From contig CAVYSW010000010.1 of assembly GCA_963771275.1 (NCBI GenBank), positions 64,001 to 128,000 on the forward strand: DNA of 64,000 bases, written 5' to 3'. Made by a program: the position numbers and the translations under genes. Each line of letters begins with the position of its first letter. The stretch's first letter is position 1. Shown here one piece after another: positions 9,707 to 18,847 of the stretch. The notes under the pieces were generated by a model. The model was not told the DNA's origin. It did not search any database and saw only the letters and a program-made list of their open reading frames with translations. This DNA is from an uncultured Gemmatimonadales bacterium (GTDB taxonomy: Bacteria > Gemmatimonadota > Gemmatimonadetes > Gemmatimonadales > GWC2-71-9).

Positions 9707-10945
9707 GCCGATCGTGCGCGCCGCCTCGTAGGTGAAATACCCGAGCGTCGCGATCAGGATGGCGTTCGTGAGCCAGCGATTCCTGAGGCTCGCGCCCACC
9801 CATGCCGTCCGGGTGTTGAGCAGCAGCAGCGTGAGGGCGAGGAGCGGCATGAAGCACGCGCCGAGCACGGCGTAGGAGAGCTGGGCCCGCTCCAGCGACA
9901 TCCAGAGGAGCGGCAGCGGCACCAGCGCGATTCCCACGAGATACGCGCGATAGGGCCGGGTGCCGGCGAGCGCGGTCGGGACCGGGGAGCGGCGGTCGGC
10001 GGCGCGGCGGTGCAGGTAATAGAAGTCGGCGAACAGGTAGGGGATGCTCTGCCACACGCCGAGCAGGCTCGAGAACACCGCGCCCCAGAAGCCTGCGAGG
10101 AAGATCCACTTGCCCGCCGGCCCGAGCACCAGGGCGAGCTGCCCGGCAAGCTCGAGCGCCGCCGTCGGGCCCTGGCGCAGGGTGACGCGCGAGCCGATCA
10201 GGATCATCGAGAGGCCGAACAGCGCGGTCAGGGCGTAGCCGGCCCCGAGATCGATGCGGCAGTCCCGGGCGCCGCGCTCCCCCGCGCGGCCCTGCTCCCT
10301 GATCCAGTAGCCGTAGGACATGAGCGTGACTGTGCCGCCCACGCCGCCCAGCACACCCAGGGTGTAGGCGGTGCCGCCCTCCGGGACGCGCGGCACGAAG
10401 AGCCCCGCGGCCACCTCTCCCCAGTCGGGGTGGATCAGCACCGCCGTGAGGATCACGCCCACGAACATCAGGGCCACGCACAGCGCCATCAGCCGCGCGA
10501 ACAGGCGGAACCCGCCGCGCCACACCAGGGCGGCGCCCACCAGCGAGTGGATCATGCCCCAGAGGATCTTGGAGCGCGCGAGGTCGTGGCCCAGGGGGAG
10601 GATGCCGGTGCCCGCGACGCCGCACGCGCTGATCAGCGCGCCGCCGGTGAAGAAGGTCCAGGGCAGCAAGTAGAGCAGGAAGATCCACCGGATCCACGGG
10701 CCGAGCCGGTCCACCCAGCCCTCGAGCAGGGTGGTGCCGGTCGCCATCTGCCAGCGGGCGATGCCCTCGTTCAGGAACCACTTGATCAGGGCGCCGATCC
10801 ACGCGGCCCAGAGCAGCGTGAGCCCGAAGCGCGAGCCCGCGAGACTCGCCGTGAGGAGATCGCCGGCGCCCACTCCGGTGGCGGCGACCAGCATGCCGGG
10901 GGCGAGCAGCGCGAGCCACGAGTGTCGCGACGGAGCCTGTTGCAC
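9695..10945 (-). CDS. NRAMP-family divalent metal transporter
   Basis: PGMLVAATGVGAGDL, NEGIARWQMATG, GGVGGTVTLMSYGYWIRE, many TM helices. Start placed at GTG 10945. Confidence 0.85.
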   Translation of the reverse strand: MQQAPSRHSWLALLAPGMLVAATGVGAGDLLTASLAGSRFGLTLLWAAWIGALIKWFLNEGIARWQMATGTTLLEGWVDRLGPWIRWIFLLYLLPWTFFTGGALISACGVAGTGILPLGHDLARSKILWGMIHSLVGAALVWRGGFRLFARLMALCVALMFVGVILTAVLIHPDWGEVAAGLFVPRVPEGGTAYTLGVLGGVGGTVTLMSYGYWIREQGRAGERGARDCRIDLGAGYALTALFGLSMILIGSRVTLRQGPTAALELAGQLALVLGPAGKWIFLAGFWGAVFSSLLGVWQSIPYLFADFYYLHRRAADRRSPVPTALAGTRPYRAYLVGIALVPLPLLWMSLERAQLSYAVLGACFMPLLALTLLLLNTRTAWVGASLRNRWLTNAILIATLGYFTYEAARTIGVGR

Positions 10946-11276
10946 GGCGCCGAAGGTGGTGGGCGTCCGGCGAGGCCGCAAGGCGCGGGTCGCCTCGGCG
11001 TGATTCCGCGCCGAGCGGTGGTCGGGAAGGGTGCTGCGGAGAGACCTCCGTGGGGTTGGCACCTGGCGATCTCGCTGGCCATCGCCGCTTGCCCAGCGCG
11101 GACTCCCACGGCCGAATTACGGACCGCGAGCGGCCGGCATTTCAATGCGCACGGCGTAATACCGGGGAGGGTTCGATCTCAACTCCACGCCGTCCGTCCA
11201 CACGCGAAGGCTCGCGCCGGTATGGATGTCACGAGGGCTTCCGCTCACCCACGTCCCGCTCCCGGTGAATCCCCCC

Positions 11277-11741
11277 TCATCCAAGACGTCCCCGCGGCTC
11301 ATCGCCGCCAAGCCCGGGCTCGCCCACGTCCGCGTCGGCGTCGCGCAATTCCGGGTCCTTCGCCATTCTGGCCAGGGCCAGCGAACCAGCAGCGCAACCG
11401 GCACCCGACAGTGTGAAGATGGGGCCCAACACCAGAAAGTCATTCCCTCCAAGGGCGGCGGCCAACACGACGGCGAGCAGAAAACCACCAACGCCTCCCC
11501 ACGCTGCAAAGTGTGGCAGCGACATCTGATCAAACCTGCGACGGCCCTCAGCGATCCCGAGCACCGCCGAGAAGGTGACGCCGGCAAGGAAGCCGAGCAG
11601 ACCAAAGAACAGGGGAAACGGGACGTCGGCGGCGCCAACACCGACCACGAGCAGGAGGATGAGCCCCGCGCCGAACCATGCCATGGCCCAGATCAGGCCC
11701 ATCCCGATGGCTCCGCGAATTCGTCTGAGCCACTTCCTCAT
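11277..11741 (-). CDS. Hypothetical membrane protein (about 4 TM)
   Basis: MRKWLRRIRGAIGMGLIWA..., GGAGG RBS, hydrophobic segments. Confidence 0.75.
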   Translation of the reverse strand: MRKWLRRIRGAIGMGLIWAMAWFGAGLILLLVVGVGAADVPFPLFFGLLGFLAGVTFSAVLGIAEGRRRFDQMSLPHFAAWGGVGGFLLAVVLAAALGGNDFLVLGPIFTLSGAGCAAGSLALARMAKDPELRDADADVGEPGLGGDEPRGRLG

Positions 11742-11954
11742 TACGACCTCCCGGTGCACTTGGACCGTTACTGTGGTCGCTTGCTTCCCGCCACACACAT
11801 GGACTTTGCATCGCAAAGTACGCGGTCGGCAGCTGGGGGACAAGCGCCGTGCGGTTCGGCGCCCCGCTGCGTGGTTTCGATGACGCGCCCCGTGGGGGGC
11901 TCGCGCATCGTCCCGCGTGACCCCTTGCGCGCCCTTTCGAGCCGAGCCGACCTT

Positions 11955-12503
11955 ATGGGCATGGCAGCTCCGACGTACTACACGGCCGACATGGTCCGGG
12001 CATTGCCGGACGACGGCAACCGCTACGAGGTGGTGCACGGGGAGCTGCTCGTGACCCCGGCCCCGCGCTTCTGGCATCAGGAGATCGTGCGCCGTCTGGT
12101 CCTCGGCTTGAGCGCGTACACCGCCCGCGAGTCGGTCGGCCACGTCATCGCCTCCCCTGCCGACCTCTCGTGGAGCGGGGACGTCCTGGTGCAGCCCGAC
12201 GTGTTCGTGGCCGACCTGACGGAAGCGCGCACGCTCGACTGGTCGCGGATGCGGCACCTGTTGCTGGCCGTCGAGGTCCTGAGCCCATCGAGCGCCCGCG
12301 CCGACCGGTTCACCAAGCGGCGATTGTACCAGGAAGTCGGCGTACCCGCCTACTGGATCGTGGACGCCGATCAGCGATTCGTCGAGGTGTGGACACCGAC
12401 GGCGACCTTCCCGGCGGTCGAGCGCGACCGGGTTACGTGGCGGCCGCCGGGCGCGGGCGCGCCGTTCGTGCTCGGGATCGCGGAGCTGTTCCAGCCGATC
12501 TGA
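11955..12503 (+). CDS. Uma2-family endonuclease-fold protein
   Basis: LPDDGNRYEVVHGELLVTPAP..H, QPDVFV, VEVLSPSS..DRFTKRRLY..GVPAYWIVD. Confidence 0.92.
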   Translation: MGMAAPTYYTADMVRALPDDGNRYEVVHGELLVTPAPRFWHQEIVRRLVLGLSAYTARESVGHVIASPADLSWSGDVLVQPDVFVADLTEARTLDWSRMRHLLLAVEVLSPSSARADRFTKRRLYQEVGVPAYWIVDADQRFVEVWTPTATFPAVERDRVTWRPPGAGAPFVLGIAELFQPI

Positions 12504-12523
12504 GCGGTGTCGCGTCGTGAGTT

Positions 12524-12561
12524 TTGACGGGCCACCATGATGGTACTATGATGCCATCATG
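12524..12561 (+). promoter_or_regulatory. Sigma70-type promoter with overlapping operator inverted repeat for the TA operon
   Basis: TTGACG(12524)-N17-TATGAT(12547). Inverted repeat CATGATGG(12536)-N10-CCATCATG(12554) straddles the -10 and the start codon. Confidence 0.75.
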
Positions 12562-12816
12562 ATGCGCATGCAGATCCAGCTCACCGAAGACCAGCACCGC
12601 CGCCTGAAGCGCTGGGCGGCGAGTCTCGGCATCTCGTTGTCCGAGGCGGTGCGCCGCTGCATCGCCGACCGCCTGGCGGTCGAGCCGGGGGACACCACGC
12701 GCGCGACCCGCGTCCGCGAGGCGCGCGCCGTCGTCGGGAAGTACGCCGACCCCGGGGGCAAGTCCCGCGTCGCCCGCGAGCACGACGCGCACCTGGCCGA
12801 GGCGTACCGCGCGTGA
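12559..12816 (+). CDS. Ribbon-helix-helix (CopG-like) antitoxin
   Basis: MRMQIQLTEDQHRRLKRWAASLGISLSEAVRRCI ... VAREHDAHLAEAY. Overlaps the PIN gene by GTGA. Confidence 0.85.
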   Translation: MMRMQIQLTEDQHRRLKRWAASLGISLSEAVRRCIADRLAVEPGDTTRATRVREARAVVGKYADPGGKSRVAREHDAHLAEAYRA

Positions 12817-13092
12817 GCGTGTTCGTGGACACGTCGGCGCTCTATGCGCTGCTGGTGAGCACCGAAGACGGACACCGGGCGACGGCCGCGGCGTTCGATC
12901 GGCTGCTGGCGGTGGATCGATGAGACGCGGCATCGCCGCGCCATGGATCGCCTGAAGCGCACCAACCGACGGAACGTGAGCCTGGTGGACTGCGCCAGCT
13001 TCGTGGTGATGGATGCGGAAGGGATCGCGGAGGCCCTGGCGCTCGACCCGGACTTCGCGGCGCAGGGATACCGGGTCCTGCCGGCCGGATGA
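12813..13092 (+). pseudogene. vapC: VapC/PIN toxin with internal deletion and frameshift
   Basis: N-terminus VFVDTSALYALL..H. Stop near 12920. C-terminus in another frame: WIDETRH..VSLVDCASFVVM..GIAEALALDPDF..QGY. About 92 codons in total; the central PIN segment is absent. Confidence 0.8.
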
Positions 13093-14774
13093 CCTCACGC
13101 CGGGCGTTTCTCGAGCAAGGCGCACTGGCCGCCGTCGGGCTGTCGCTCCCCGCGCGCGGCGGCGCGGACGACGACGCCGTCTCCGACCCGAGCTTCCTCG
13201 ATCTCAAGCGAATGCCGGACGCCGTCACCGTCCAGACTGCGAGCGCGTACGTGCCGCTCCGCGCCGCCGGCGGACGATGGGAGGGCGCGGGCGTCACGGT
13301 GTCGGTGGACCAGCTGCCCGACGCGGTGCGCGTGGTGCTGGCCGCCCCGGCGACGGCCGTCAAGCGCCTGCACCTCCGCTGGCGCGGCAGCCTCGACGGC
13401 ACGCGACTCCTCCTGGGCGACGCCTGGGAGCGCGGCTACGGCGATCTCGAATGGCGCGGCTTCGTGCCGGACCGCGTGATGCCGTGGTACGTCGCCGCGT
13501 GGGACGGGCGGCTGACCCACGGCTACGGCGTGCGCACCGGCGCGGGCGCGCTCTGCTTCTGGCAGGTGGACCCGGGCGGCATCAGCCTCTGGGCGGACGT
13601 GCGGAGCGGCGGCACGGCCGTCGAGCTCGGCGAGCGCTCCCTCACGGTCTGTGACGTGGTGTGCCGTCCCGGGCGCCAAGACGAGACGCCGTTCGCGGCC
13701 CTCCACGCCTTCTGCCGAGCGATGTGCCCCAACCCCCGGCTGCCGCCCTATCCGGTCTATGGCACCAACGACTGGTACTGGGCCTACGGCAAGAACAGCG
13801 CGACCACCGTGCTTGCGGACGCGGGACACATCGTGGAGCTCTCCCCGCCGGACGAGAACCGGCCGTTCACGGTGATCGACGACGGCTGGCAGCCGGAGCG
13901 CGGCGAGCGGAAGCAGGGCGTGGGGCTATGGGATCGCGGGAACGAGCGGTTTCCCGACCTCCCCGGTCTCGCCGGCGCGATCCGCGTGGCCGGAGCGCGT
14001 CCCGGCATCTGGATGCGCCCGCTGCTGGCGCCCGCCGACGCGCCGGACGGCTGGCGGCTCCCGCGCGAGCGCGCCGTGCTCGATCCCTCGGTGCCCGAGG
14101 TGCTCGAGAAGGTCGCCGCCGACATCGCCCGCCTGCGCGGCTGGGGCTTCGAGCTGATCAAGCACGACTACTCCACGTTCGACCTGTTCGGCCGCTGGGG
14201 GTTCGCGATGGGCGCCGCCCTCACCAAGGACGGCTGGACCTTTGCCGAGGGGCCCAGGCGCACGACGGCGGAGCTGGTGGGCGAGCTGTATCGGACCATC
14301 CGCGTCGCGGCCGGCGGCGCGCTGATCCTCGGCTGCAATACCGTGAGTCATCTGTCGGCGGGGCAGTTCGAGCTGTGCCGCATCGGCGACGACACGAGCG
14401 GCACCGAGTGGGCCCGGACCCGGAAGATGGGCGTCAACACGCTCGCGTTCCGCGGCGTGCAGCACGGGGCGTTCTACGCGGCGGATCCCGACTGTGTGGG
14501 GGTCACGACCGCCGTTCCGTGGTCCATGAACCGCCAGTGGCTGGACCTCGTGGCGCGCAGCGGTACCATGTTGTTCGCCTCGCTCGCGCCCGACGCCCTC
14601 GGCACCGAGCAGCGCCGCGACCTCCGCGCGGCGCTCGCGCTGGCGGCGCGTCCGCAGCCGCTCGGCGAGCCGCAGGATTGGCTGGAGACCAGCTGGCCGT
14701 CGCGCTGGCGGTTGCTGAACGAGCCGCGCACGTACGACTGGCTCGGGCCGGATGGGGTGGTGGCGGTGCCGTGA
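13089..14774 (+). CDS. Tat-exported glycoside hydrolase, GH36/alpha-galactosidase-like
   Basis: SRRAFL Tat motif, NDWYWAYG, VIDDGWQ, ELIKHDY, RIGDDTSG, DPDC. Confidence 0.8.
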   Translation: MTSRRAFLEQGALAAVGLSLPARGGADDDAVSDPSFLDLKRMPDAVTVQTASAYVPLRAAGGRWEGAGVTVSVDQLPDAVRVVLAAPATAVKRLHLRWRGSLDGTRLLLGDAWERGYGDLEWRGFVPDRVMPWYVAAWDGRLTHGYGVRTGAGALCFWQVDPGGISLWADVRSGGTAVELGERSLTVCDVVCRPGRQDETPFAALHAFCRAMCPNPRLPPYPVYGTNDWYWAYGKNSATTVLADAGHIVELSPPDENRPFTVIDDGWQPERGERKQGVGLWDRGNERFPDLPGLAGAIRVAGARPGIWMRPLLAPADAPDGWRLPRERAVLDPSVPEVLEKVAADIARLRGWGFELIKHDYSTFDLFGRWGFAMGAALTKDGWTFAEGPRRTTAELVGELYRTIRVAAGGALILGCNTVSHLSAGQFELCRIGDDTSGTEWARTRKMGVNTLAFRGVQHGAFYAADPDCVGVTTAVPWSMNRQWLDLVARSGTMLFASLAPDALGTEQRRDLRAALALAARPQPLGEPQDWLETSWPSRWRLLNEPRTYDWLGPDGVVAVP

Positions 14775-14819
14775 GCCCGGCTGGCGCGGGCGAGCCCGGC
14801 TCGCGCGTCATGCCGCGCC

Positions 14820-15638
14820 TCAGTAGTAGTGCGCTACCTGCCAGTTCGCGCCGGCGCCGAAGCTCATCGCGAGGTTGTACTTGGCCTCGAACTCGAAGGT
14901 CGATTCCGGATACTGCTTGCCGTGCCAGGCCGGGTCGATGATGTAGTAGCAGTCGTTCGGTTGCTCGCGCACGGCCATTCCTTCCATGATGCGCAGGTGG
15001 AGTCCGGTCACGGGAGGGAGGCTGTTCCCCTCGCCCACGGCGAGCAGCCCGTGCTTGCGGAGGAAGTCGTACCAGATGTAGTCCGGGAACGTCGCGAACC
15101 CCCGCACCGTGAGCCCGCCGCGCGTCCAGAAGTCCCTGAACTGGGAGGGCTGGAGCCCGCGATCCTGCTTGAACAGGTCGACGTACTGCTTGCCCGGCTT
15201 CTCGAGGGCTTCGGCGATCTCGAACTTCTTCCCCTCGCGCCACGATCGCATCATGGTGTAGACCGTGGCCCAGCAGGTCCTGTTGGTCGGCTGGCCAATG
15301 ACCCATTTCTTGCCGGGGACCACGTAGACGAGCTGCTTCGCGGGTGGTGGCGGCGGCGGCGGCGTTGGGGAGGGCGCCGGGGTGTCGTAGTCGTTCAGGC
15401 GCGCCAGGGTCTTGCCGCCGGGATCGACCCGCCCGTCGGGCCACTTGTGGCCAAGGTTGACCGACTGGAAGCGCTTGATGGCGGCGATCGTCTTGCCCCA
15501 GGCGAGGCCGTCCACCTTGAGTGGGATCTGCGGCCCACCCGCATCCACCGGCACCTGGTTGAGCAGCTCTTGGACGGTGGTCGCGTCAGGCTTGGTGTTC
15601 GTCCCGCCCTGGCCGACCGACTTCGAGATGGTCCGCAC
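14820..15638 (-). CDS. Peptidoglycan-binding domain plus papain-like (C70/C39-type) cysteine peptidase
   Basis: VQELLN..LKVDGLAWGKTIAAIKRFQ..DGRVDPGGKT, Pro-rich linker, then QPTNRTCWA...H...IIDP. GGAGG RBS before GTG 15638. Confidence 0.75.
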   Translation of the reverse strand: MRTISKSVGQGGTNTKPDATTVQELLNQVPVDAGGPQIPLKVDGLAWGKTIAAIKRFQSVNLGHKWPDGRVDPGGKTLARLNDYDTPAPSPTPPPPPPPAKQLVYVVPGKKWVIGQPTNRTCWATVYTMMRSWREGKKFEIAEALEKPGKQYVDLFKQDRGLQPSQFRDFWTRGGLTVRGFATFPDYIWYDFLRKHGLLAVGEGNSLPPVTGLHLRIMEGMAVREQPNDCYYIIDPAWHGKQYPESTFEFEAKYNLAMSFGAGANWQVAHYY

Positions 15639-15802
15639 GAGCCTTGCCTCCGTCGCCGGCCCACGGTTCGATGGGCCAGCCCGCAGCCGCGCGCGACGTT
15701 GCCGAAAAGTGGACCGAGCTGACCGCTGGGAATGGGTACGTTGCGTCAGAGAGGGCGGTGGGGCAAGGCCGGCCATCGGGGCCCGGCGCGCGGTGCGGCG
15801 GA

Positions 15803-15886
15803 CGGAGGGCGAGGGACTCGAACCCCCAAGGGCTTGCGCCCAGCGGTTTTCAAGACCGCCGCCTTACCAGTTAGGTCTAGCCCTCC
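15803..15886 (-). tRNA. tRNA-Ser(UGA)
   Basis: GGAGGGC/GCCCTCC acceptor stem, G73, anticodon arm GCGGT-CTTGAAA-ACCGC, long variable arm, GTTCGAGT T-loop. Confidence 0.93.
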
Positions 15887-15946
15887 CGCCCGCAAACCTA
15901 ATGCGCGCCTCGCGGAGTCGGGAGGTTAGGGGGGCGTTCGCCTCTC

Positions 15947-18106
15947 CTACAGCTTCTGGAGCAGGGTCTGGAACCGCGGGTCCTCGCGGATGGCGTCCAG
16001 GTCGCTGTCGTGAACCAGCCACTCCCGGTGGCCGAATCCGTTGGCGATCGCCTTGTCGAGGCAGCCGATCGCCTCGTCCCGCATCCCGCCGAGCGAGTAC
16101 ACGCACGCGACGTTGTACAACACGCCCGGATCCGTGGGATCGATGGCGTACGCCCGCCCCACCCAGTCGAGCGCGCGCGCGCGCTCGCCCAGCTGCATCA
16201 GGGCGCCGCCCGCGAGGTACAGCGCCCGGGCGTCGTCGGGGTTCAGCTCGAGGTGCCGCTCGGCCACCTGAAGCCCGCGCCGCAGCACGGCCTTCGCCTC
16301 GTCGCGACGCCCGAGGCTGTTGAGCGGCGTCTGCATCAGGAGCAGGGCCTGGTAATCCTCCGGGCGGACCCGCGAGGCCTCCTCGTACTGCCGCACCGCG
16401 TCCTCCGCCCGCCCCTCCTGAAACAGCGCCCGGGCGTACAGGTAGTGCGCCTCGTAGAGCTTGGGATTCAGGCGGATGGCCGTCTCGAATTCAGGCCGCG
16501 CCTCCTGGTACTGGCGGTTGAGGGCCAGGGCGAACCCGCGGGACGCGTGGGCCTCGGCCAGGTCGGGATCCAGCTCCAGCGCCTGGCGGCTCGCCGAGTC
16601 GGCGCCGTCCAGATTGGCCTTGCTGCCGTCCCAATACATGTAGAGGAAGGCGCAGCAGTCGGCGAGACCGGCGTACGCCAGCCCGAACCGGGGATCGATC
16701 TCGATCGCCCGCTCGAACATCCGGCGCGCGGACTGCATCCCCGTGCGGCGGAACTGGTGAAAGTACTGGCGGCCGCGGAGGTAGTACTCGTAGGCCTGGA
16801 CGTTCTCGGTCGGCACCCGCTCGATGGCGCGCTTCTCGTCCTCGCTCAGCATCACGCGCAGGGCCTTGACGATGTTCTCGGCAATCTCGTCCTGGATGGC
16901 GAACACGTCCTCCAGCTGCCGATCGTACCGCTCGGACCACAGCCGGTAGCCGTCGGCCACGTTGATGAGCTGCGCCGTCACGCGGAGCCGGTCGCCCGCC
17001 TTGCGCACGCTCCCTTCGAGCACGGTCGCGACCTTGAGCTTGCGGCCGATCTCGCCCATGTCCTCGCTCTTGCCCTTGAAGGCGAAGGACGACGTGCGGG
17101 CGGCCACCTGGAGCGCTTGGATCTTGCTCAACGCGTTGATGATCTCCTCGGCGATGCCGTCGCTGAAGTACTCGTTCTCGGCATCGGCGCTCATGTTGAC
17201 GAACGGCAACACGGCAATGGACCGGCTCCTCCCGGACGCCGCGGGCGCGCCGGGCGGCGTCGAGGTTCCGCCGGGCCACGTGAGTGCGTGCGCCAGCTGC
17301 GCCGCGGTCGCGAACCGCGCCTCGGCCACCTTCTCGAGACACGTGAACACCGCGCTCTCGAGCCAGCCCGGGACGTCCTCGCGGTGCTCGTGGATCGGGC
17401 GCGGCGGATCGGTGAACAGCTTCGTGATGATGGCCTGGACCGTGGGGCCGGTGAACGGCGGCGCGCCGGCGACCATCTCGTACAGCATGGCGCCGAGCGA
17501 GTAGATGTCGGTCCGGCCGTCCAGCTCGGGCTCGCCGCTCGCCTGTTCCGGACTCATGTAGGCCGGCGTGCCGACGGCGGTGCCGGTTTGGGTGAGGGTG
17601 TCGGCGGCGGCGGCGGCGCTCACCGCCTTGGCGATCCCGAAGTCGGTGACCATCGCCTCGTCTTCGTGCAGCATGACGTTCTCGGGCTTGATGTCCCGAT
17701 GCACGATCTGTTGACGGTGGGCATAGTCGAGGGCGGACGCCACGCCGCGGGCGAAACGCACGGCATCCTCGAGCGGGAGCCGATGCTCCCGGTCGAGCCG
17801 CTGGCGCAGGGACTCGCCGGGGATGAACGGCATGACGTAGTAGAGCAGGTCGCCGGCCTGACCGGAATCGTAGAGCGGCACGATATGCGGGTGCTGGAGC
17901 CGCGCCGCGATCTGGATCTCCCGCAGGAACCGCTCCGGCCCGAGCGCGACGGCGAGCTGCGGGTGCAGCACCTTGAGCGCGACCGGCCGTCCATGGCGGC
18001 GATCCTGTGCCAGGAACACGGTGGCCATGCCGCCGCGACCCACCTCCCGCTCGATGGTGTAGCGGTCGGCGGTGGACCTGCGGAGCTGGTCGAGGACGTC
18101 CGGCAT
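15947..18106 (-). CDS. Ser/Thr protein kinase with TolB-like N domain and TPR repeats
   Basis: GRGGMATV, VALK, HRDIKPEN, DFG, GTPAYMSPE, then SIAVLPFVNMS..EYFSDG, then TPRs. TATAAT lies 9 nt upstream. Confidence 0.95.
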   Translation of the reverse strand: MPDVLDQLRRSTADRYTIEREVGRGGMATVFLAQDRRHGRPVALKVLHPQLAVALGPERFLREIQIAARLQHPHIVPLYDSGQAGDLLYYVMPFIPGESLRQRLDREHRLPLEDAVRFARGVASALDYAHRQQIVHRDIKPENVMLHEDEAMVTDFGIAKAVSAAAAADTLTQTGTAVGTPAYMSPEQASGEPELDGRTDIYSLGAMLYEMVAGAPPFTGPTVQAIITKLFTDPPRPIHEHREDVPGWLESAVFTCLEKVAEARFATAAQLAHALTWPGGTSTPPGAPAASGRSRSIAVLPFVNMSADAENEYFSDGIAEEIINALSKIQALQVAARTSSFAFKGKSEDMGEIGRKLKVATVLEGSVRKAGDRLRVTAQLINVADGYRLWSERYDRQLEDVFAIQDEIAENIVKALRVMLSEDEKRAIERVPTENVQAYEYYLRGRQYFHQFRRTGMQSARRMFERAIEIDPRFGLAYAGLADCCAFLYMYWDGSKANLDGADSASRQALELDPDLAEAHASRGFALALNRQYQEARPEFETAIRLNPKLYEAHYLYARALFQEGRAEDAVRQYEEASRVRPEDYQALLLMQTPLNSLGRRDEAKAVLRRGLQVAERHLELNPDDARALYLAGGALMQLGERARALDWVGRAYAIDPTDPGVLYNVACVYSLGGMRDEAIGCLDKAIANGFGHREWLVHDSDLDAIREDPRFQTLLQKL

Positions 18107-18432
18107 GAAGGGGGGATTATACCCGAGGGAGGACCGGAGCACGAGGGGCGAGGGGGACTGCGCGCGGGGTTTCGCTCATCCTCGCGATCCTCCGATATCA
18201 GGACGGGGCGGTGACCTGCATAGCATGGCCGGGAGAGTGTCCGGCCCCACCGAACGCCTCGCTTGACGTCTCCTCCGTGACCGCCGCCTGCTTGGCCTCA
18301 AGTTCCGCCGCCAGCGCTGGAACGATGACGTTCGCTCCGGCTGTCAGCCGTATCATCGACCTGCGGCGCGGCAGCGCTTGCCGAGTCACGCGTCCTCGCC
18401 TTCGGGTTGCCAGGGCTCGCAGCCGATGAGGT

Positions 18433-18516
18433 GCCGGTGTGGCGAAACCGGCAAACGCGGAGACCCGGTAAGCCTCTGGGCTTCGGCCCTTACCGGTTCG
18501 AATCCGGTCGCCGGCA
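18433..18516 (+). tRNA. Non-canonical tRNA: tRNA-Leu-type body with GGU (Thr) anticodon, C33 and an A30-C40 mismatch
   Basis: Folds as GCCGGTG/CGCCGGC-A73, D arm GCG-AAACCGGCAAA-CGC, anticodon arm GAGAC-CCGGTAA-GCCTC, V arm GGGC-TTCG-GCCC, T arm ACCGG-TTCGAAT-CCGGT. Confidence 0.85.
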
Positions 18517-18654
18517 ACCGCCGCACCATGGGCCGAGTTGCATCGGGAGCCTCGCCGAGCGTACACTACCCGAACTTGCCGGGTCTCCGCGTGGCAGGCC
18601 GCCATGCTCAACGAGCCGGGGGATCATCTCCTGGCTCGTTGTTCTTCCTTCGTC

Positions 18655-18775
18655 GCCACTCGCGGAGCTGCACCGAGCCCGCGAGGTAGACGGCGCCTAC
18701 CACGACACGCCGGAGCAGCACACCCGCGACGCCACCCGGACCGCCACGCTGGAAGCTCGCGCCCTCATCCGGCCC
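18655..18775 (+). pseudogene. Remnant of a DUF559/Vsr-like endonuclease gene
   Basis: EVDGAYHDTPEQHTRDATRTATLEAR matches the E-x-DG-x-x-H...RD..R..L core. No intact N-terminus is visible. Boundaries are approximate. Confidence 0.55.
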
Positions 18776-18781
18776 TACGTC

Positions 18782-18822
18782 CCCCCTCTCCGCGAACGCG
18801 GAGAGGGGGCCAGGGGGTGAGG
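18782..18822. repeat. REP-like GC-rich palindrome
   Basis: CCCCCTCTCCGCG-AA-CGCGGAGAGGGGG hairpin followed by CCAGGGGGTGAGG. Confidence 0.7.
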
Positions 18823-18847
18823 CCAGGCCACGACCCGCCAAGGGACC

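Noticed and set aside
10950..11270. Unassigned gap containing GGTTCGATC and short ORFs
   Set aside because: I could not fold a cloverleaf or recognise a protein family. Left unannotated.
18200..18516. tmRNA or tRNA-Sec interpretation of the tRNA-like element
   Set aside because: It has a full D arm and anticodon arm, no G3-U70 pair, a standard 7/5 fold and no UCA anticodon.
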